Virus record (IMG/VR): IMGVR_UViG_3300029338_000016 | Source: a virus | DNA: 33,094 bases | Direction: 5' to 3' (one strand) | In this document: piece after piece, positions 31,385 to 33,094 of the stretch | How the letters are laid out: each line of letters begins with the position of its first letter | How positions within the stretch are numbered: position 1 is the first letter of the stretch | The notes under the pieces: model-generated | The model's input: only the letters and a program-made list of their open reading frames with translations | What the model was told of the DNA's origin: nothing | Database searches by the model: none | Translations under genes and position numbers: made by a program

Positions 31385-31433
31385 TAGGTTTTTAGAAAAA
31401 ATATACGTATTTTATGCGCCTATAAAAGATAAG

Positions 31434-31458
31434 CGGCGGCGGGATCACCCCGCCGCCG
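31434..31458 (-). terminator. Intrinsic terminator after the XRE gene
   Basis: 10-bp GC stem cggcggcggg / cccgccgccg with a 5-nt loop, followed on the minus strand by TTATCTTTTAT. Confidence 0.6.
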
Positions 31459-31704
31459 TTATTCGTCTATACCTAAAAGCCAATTTACCGAAACGCCCAG
31501 CACTTCCGAAAATACTTTCAATTCAAAGTCAGATACAAAGCGCGTTCCGATCTCTATTCGGCTTATGCTGTCCCGCTCCATGTTGATCCCTTTGATCTGT
31601 ATTCGTGCGGCTAAATCCTCTTGCCGTAAGCGCTGGACGACGCGCGCTTCGCGCAATCGGTCGCCGCATATATTTTTCTTTCCATCGTAATCGTATATCT
31701 TCAT
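31459..31704 (-). CDS. XRE-family HTH transcriptional regulator (Cro/CI-like)
   Basis: GDRLREARVVQRLRQEDLAARIQIKGINMERDSISRIEIG is a canonical HTH_3 pattern. Confidence 0.85.
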   Translation of the reverse strand: MKIYDYDGKKNICGDRLREARVVQRLRQEDLAARIQIKGINMERDSISRIEIGTRFVSDFELKVFSEVLGVSVNWLLGIDE

Positions 31705-31768
31705 ATTCGCCGCGATTCCTCTTCATTCTGATTATTTGCAAACGGTGTGTAAATATTCCGCTTTATTC

Positions 31769-31797
31769 TTGATTTTATCGCACAAGCCACGTATAAT
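31769..31797 (+). promoter_or_regulatory. Promoter TTGATT - 17 nt - TATAAT for the plus-strand HIRAN gene
   Basis: Read in the divergent intergenic region between the XRE and HIRAN genes. Confidence 0.6.
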
Positions 31798-31859
31798 TGT
31801 GTTAAAGGTCAGAATGCCGAATTTTGCCTTGAAAAATCAAATTTGAAGGGGGAATTAGA

Positions 31860-32447
31860 ATGAAGAAATCTTCTATTGCTCTATATGTTGCCGCCGCGCT
31901 TTTCCTTGTATGCTCCTTTACGTTCCTTCCCGATAAAATCGCCGAATTCGTTTCCGGCGTTGTTATCGCCGCCGCGCTTGCTTTCCTCGGTTATCGTCAG
32001 CAGAAGAAGCCCGCCGCCGCAAAAAAAGAAGAAATGCCCGTTCCTGCGCCCGCTCCCGTGGTTAAGCCCGAACCCGCCGCCAGCGCAAAGAATGAGAATG
32101 CCGCGCCGCCGGAAAGCCCATACGAATTTATAACAACGAAGATTGCTGGCGTTACCTTTAAGGACGGTCGTAAAAGCCGCCAAACGATATTGCGCCGCTT
32201 GTACTGGAAGGACGAACCTTTCGACGAGAACGCCGCCGAAGTTACCCTTGATCGCGGCGAATACGAAGGGAAGCCCGCTTTCGCCGTCTTGCTGAATGAC
32301 GAAAAAGCCGGATATGTCCCCGCCGAATACTCGCAATTTCTCGAAGATAACTTCGATCGTTGCGACGGCGTGACGCACATTTCCGCATATCACGGCGCAA
32401 GCGATATTTACGGCGCTGAAATTACAATCCGTTTTCGGAAAGTTTGA
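31860..32447 (+). CDS. Membrane-anchored HIRAN-domain protein (two N-terminal TM segments, Pro/Ala-rich linker, C-terminal HIRAN-like domain)
   Basis: SIALYVAAALFLVCSF and VSGVVIAAALAFLGY hydrophobic segments. KIAGVTFKDGRKSRQTIL...AVLLNDEKAGYVPAEYSQFLEDNFD matches the bacterial HIRAN pattern. GGGGGA RBS. Confidence 0.7.
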   Translation: MKKSSIALYVAAALFLVCSFTFLPDKIAEFVSGVVIAAALAFLGYRQQKKPAAAKKEEMPVPAPAPVVKPEPAASAKNENAAPPESPYEFITTKIAGVTFKDGRKSRQTILRRLYWKDEPFDENAAEVTLDRGEYEGKPAFAVLLNDEKAGYVPAEYSQFLEDNFDRCDGVTHISAYHGASDIYGAEITIRFRKV

Positions 32448-32460
32448 ACCAAACAAAAAA

Positions 32461-32499
32461 AATCCCCCGTGCAAGGCTCGAAAGCCCGCACGGGGGATT
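32461..32499. terminator. Strong bidirectional terminator between the convergent HIRAN gene and the holin / late operon
   Basis: 12-bp stem aatcccccgtgc / gcacgggggatt. An A8 run lies upstream, giving a U8 tract for the minus-strand transcript. GTTCTTTAT follows on the plus strand. Confidence 0.85.
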
Positions 32500-32553
32500 G
32501 TTCTTTATGCGGCGAAAGGCTGAAAGGGGAAGCGCGATCCGCCGCGTGGTCAA

Positions 32554-32898
32554 TTACTCTTTATTTCCGTTGATCTGCTCCGCCGGAATGCCGTTTACCA
32601 CAAAATAGTCCGGAAGATTAAAGACGGCGGCTTCGATCAGTTTGTCCAGCGTTTCCGCGTCGATCTTGAAGCCCTTGCTATTCAGAAATTCAACAACGTA
32701 TGCTTTCTTCTCTGCGCCCCTGCCGCTTCCGGTGTAAAGCTGTTCGGCGGCTTCGACGGCAACCGTTACCCACATTTTGATTTTCTCAAACTGTGCGGCG
32801 GTCGTCTTGCTTCTGATCCACGGGATCACGAAGGCGGTAATGATAGCCGCGATAAGAGCGATCACGGCGTTTGCAATGCTGGTAAGATCAATAGTCAT
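32554..32898 (-). CDS. Holin, LL-H family
   Basis: N-terminal TM IANAVIALIAAIITAFVIPWI, followed by VAVEAAEQLYTGSGRGAEKKAYVVEFLNSKGFKID...IEAAV, typical of LL-H holins. Confidence 0.8.
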   Translation of the reverse strand: MTIDLTSIANAVIALIAAIITAFVIPWIRSKTTAAQFEKIKMWVTVAVEAAEQLYTGSGRGAEKKAYVVEFLNSKGFKIDAETLDKLIEAAVFNLPDYFVVNGIPAEQINGNKE

Positions 32899-33094
32899 TG
32901 TTTGTATCCTCGCTTTCTGTTATGTCGATTTTTTCTTTTTTCTTGATCCTGCCGATAATTACTTCGGCAATACGCTTCATCATCATTGCGCCACATTCAA
33001 TCACGACGGCGCGGAAATACCATTCGATCAGAACGGTTTGTTCCTGCCGCGTGATAAGGAATGAAACGTACTGTGCGATGATGAAAGCCGCCGT
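32888..33094 (-). CDS. 3' part of the same junction-spanning two-TM protein (its 5' end runs off the window end)
   Basis: Same reading frame through the 123-bp overlap. The TGA stop at 32888-32890 overlaps the start of the next gene by 11 nt. Confidence 0.6.
   Translation of the reverse strand, partial: TAAFIIAQYVSFLITRQEQTVLIEWYFRAVVIECGAMMMKRIAEVIIGRIKKKEKIDITESEDTNNDY
32972..33094. repeat. Second copy of the 123-bp terminal overlap
   Basis: Identical to 1-123. Confidence 0.95.

Noticed and set aside
1-33094. Search for tRNA or rRNA genes, CRISPR arrays, attP-like sites and additional TR/VR copies.
   Set aside because: By eye I found no cloverleaf-compatible segments, no regularly spaced direct repeats and no further copies of the caaagagccgtccgaa core beyond the TR, VR1 and VR2. 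A tRNAscan, CRISPR finder and BLAST run would be needed to be definitive.

Overview
The window is a complete, circularly closed genome. Bases 1-123 are identical to 32972-33094, giving a unit length of 32,971 bp. It looks like a siphovirus-like temperate phage or phage-plasmid. The host is probably Firmicutes/Clostridia-like, judged from GGAGG-type RBSs, an LL-H-type holin and a SleB-type hydrolase; this is inference. All genes but one lie on the minus strand.

Gene order on the minus strand, from high to low coordinates:
- Regulatory and early block: XRE regulator, hicA-hicB, IS30-type DDE transposase, small HTH protein, membrane-anchored SleB-like hydrolase, several small or unknown genes, Dam-type methyltransferase, MazG-like protein.
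- A small DGR-targeted protein, then an HUH Rep-like initiator, a second methyltransferase, a DUF4406-like protein, a VRR-NUC nuclease and a late regulator.
- Late operon: HNH, TerS, TerL, portal, protease, capsid, connectors, tail, G/GT chaperone, tape measure, Dit, Gp37-like tip and fibre proteins.
- A diversity-generating retroelement (DGR) and a lysis cassette that runs across the contig junction.

Most notable observations:
1. The DGR (avd - TR - RT - target) has two variable regions. One lies inside the adjacent fibre-like gene. A second, shorter one lies in a small non-structural early-region gene more than 13 kb away.
2. The avd gene is interrupted by a 1-nt frame change in a homopolymer.
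3. A predicted ~80-nt plus-strand sRNA has a consensus extended -10 promoter and an intrinsic terminator. Its 5' end is the exact complement of a near-identical translation-initiation region reused by four early genes, including the second DGR target.
4. The late-operon leader has a promoter followed by an intrinsic terminator, a lambda PR'/tR'-like layout.
5. There is an HUH Rep, a large palindrome and hicAB, with no tyrosine or serine integrase.
6. The only plus-strand gene encodes a membrane-anchored HIRAN-domain protein.

Family assignments rest on motif recognition from memory, not on searches. Start codons were chosen by RBS inspection.
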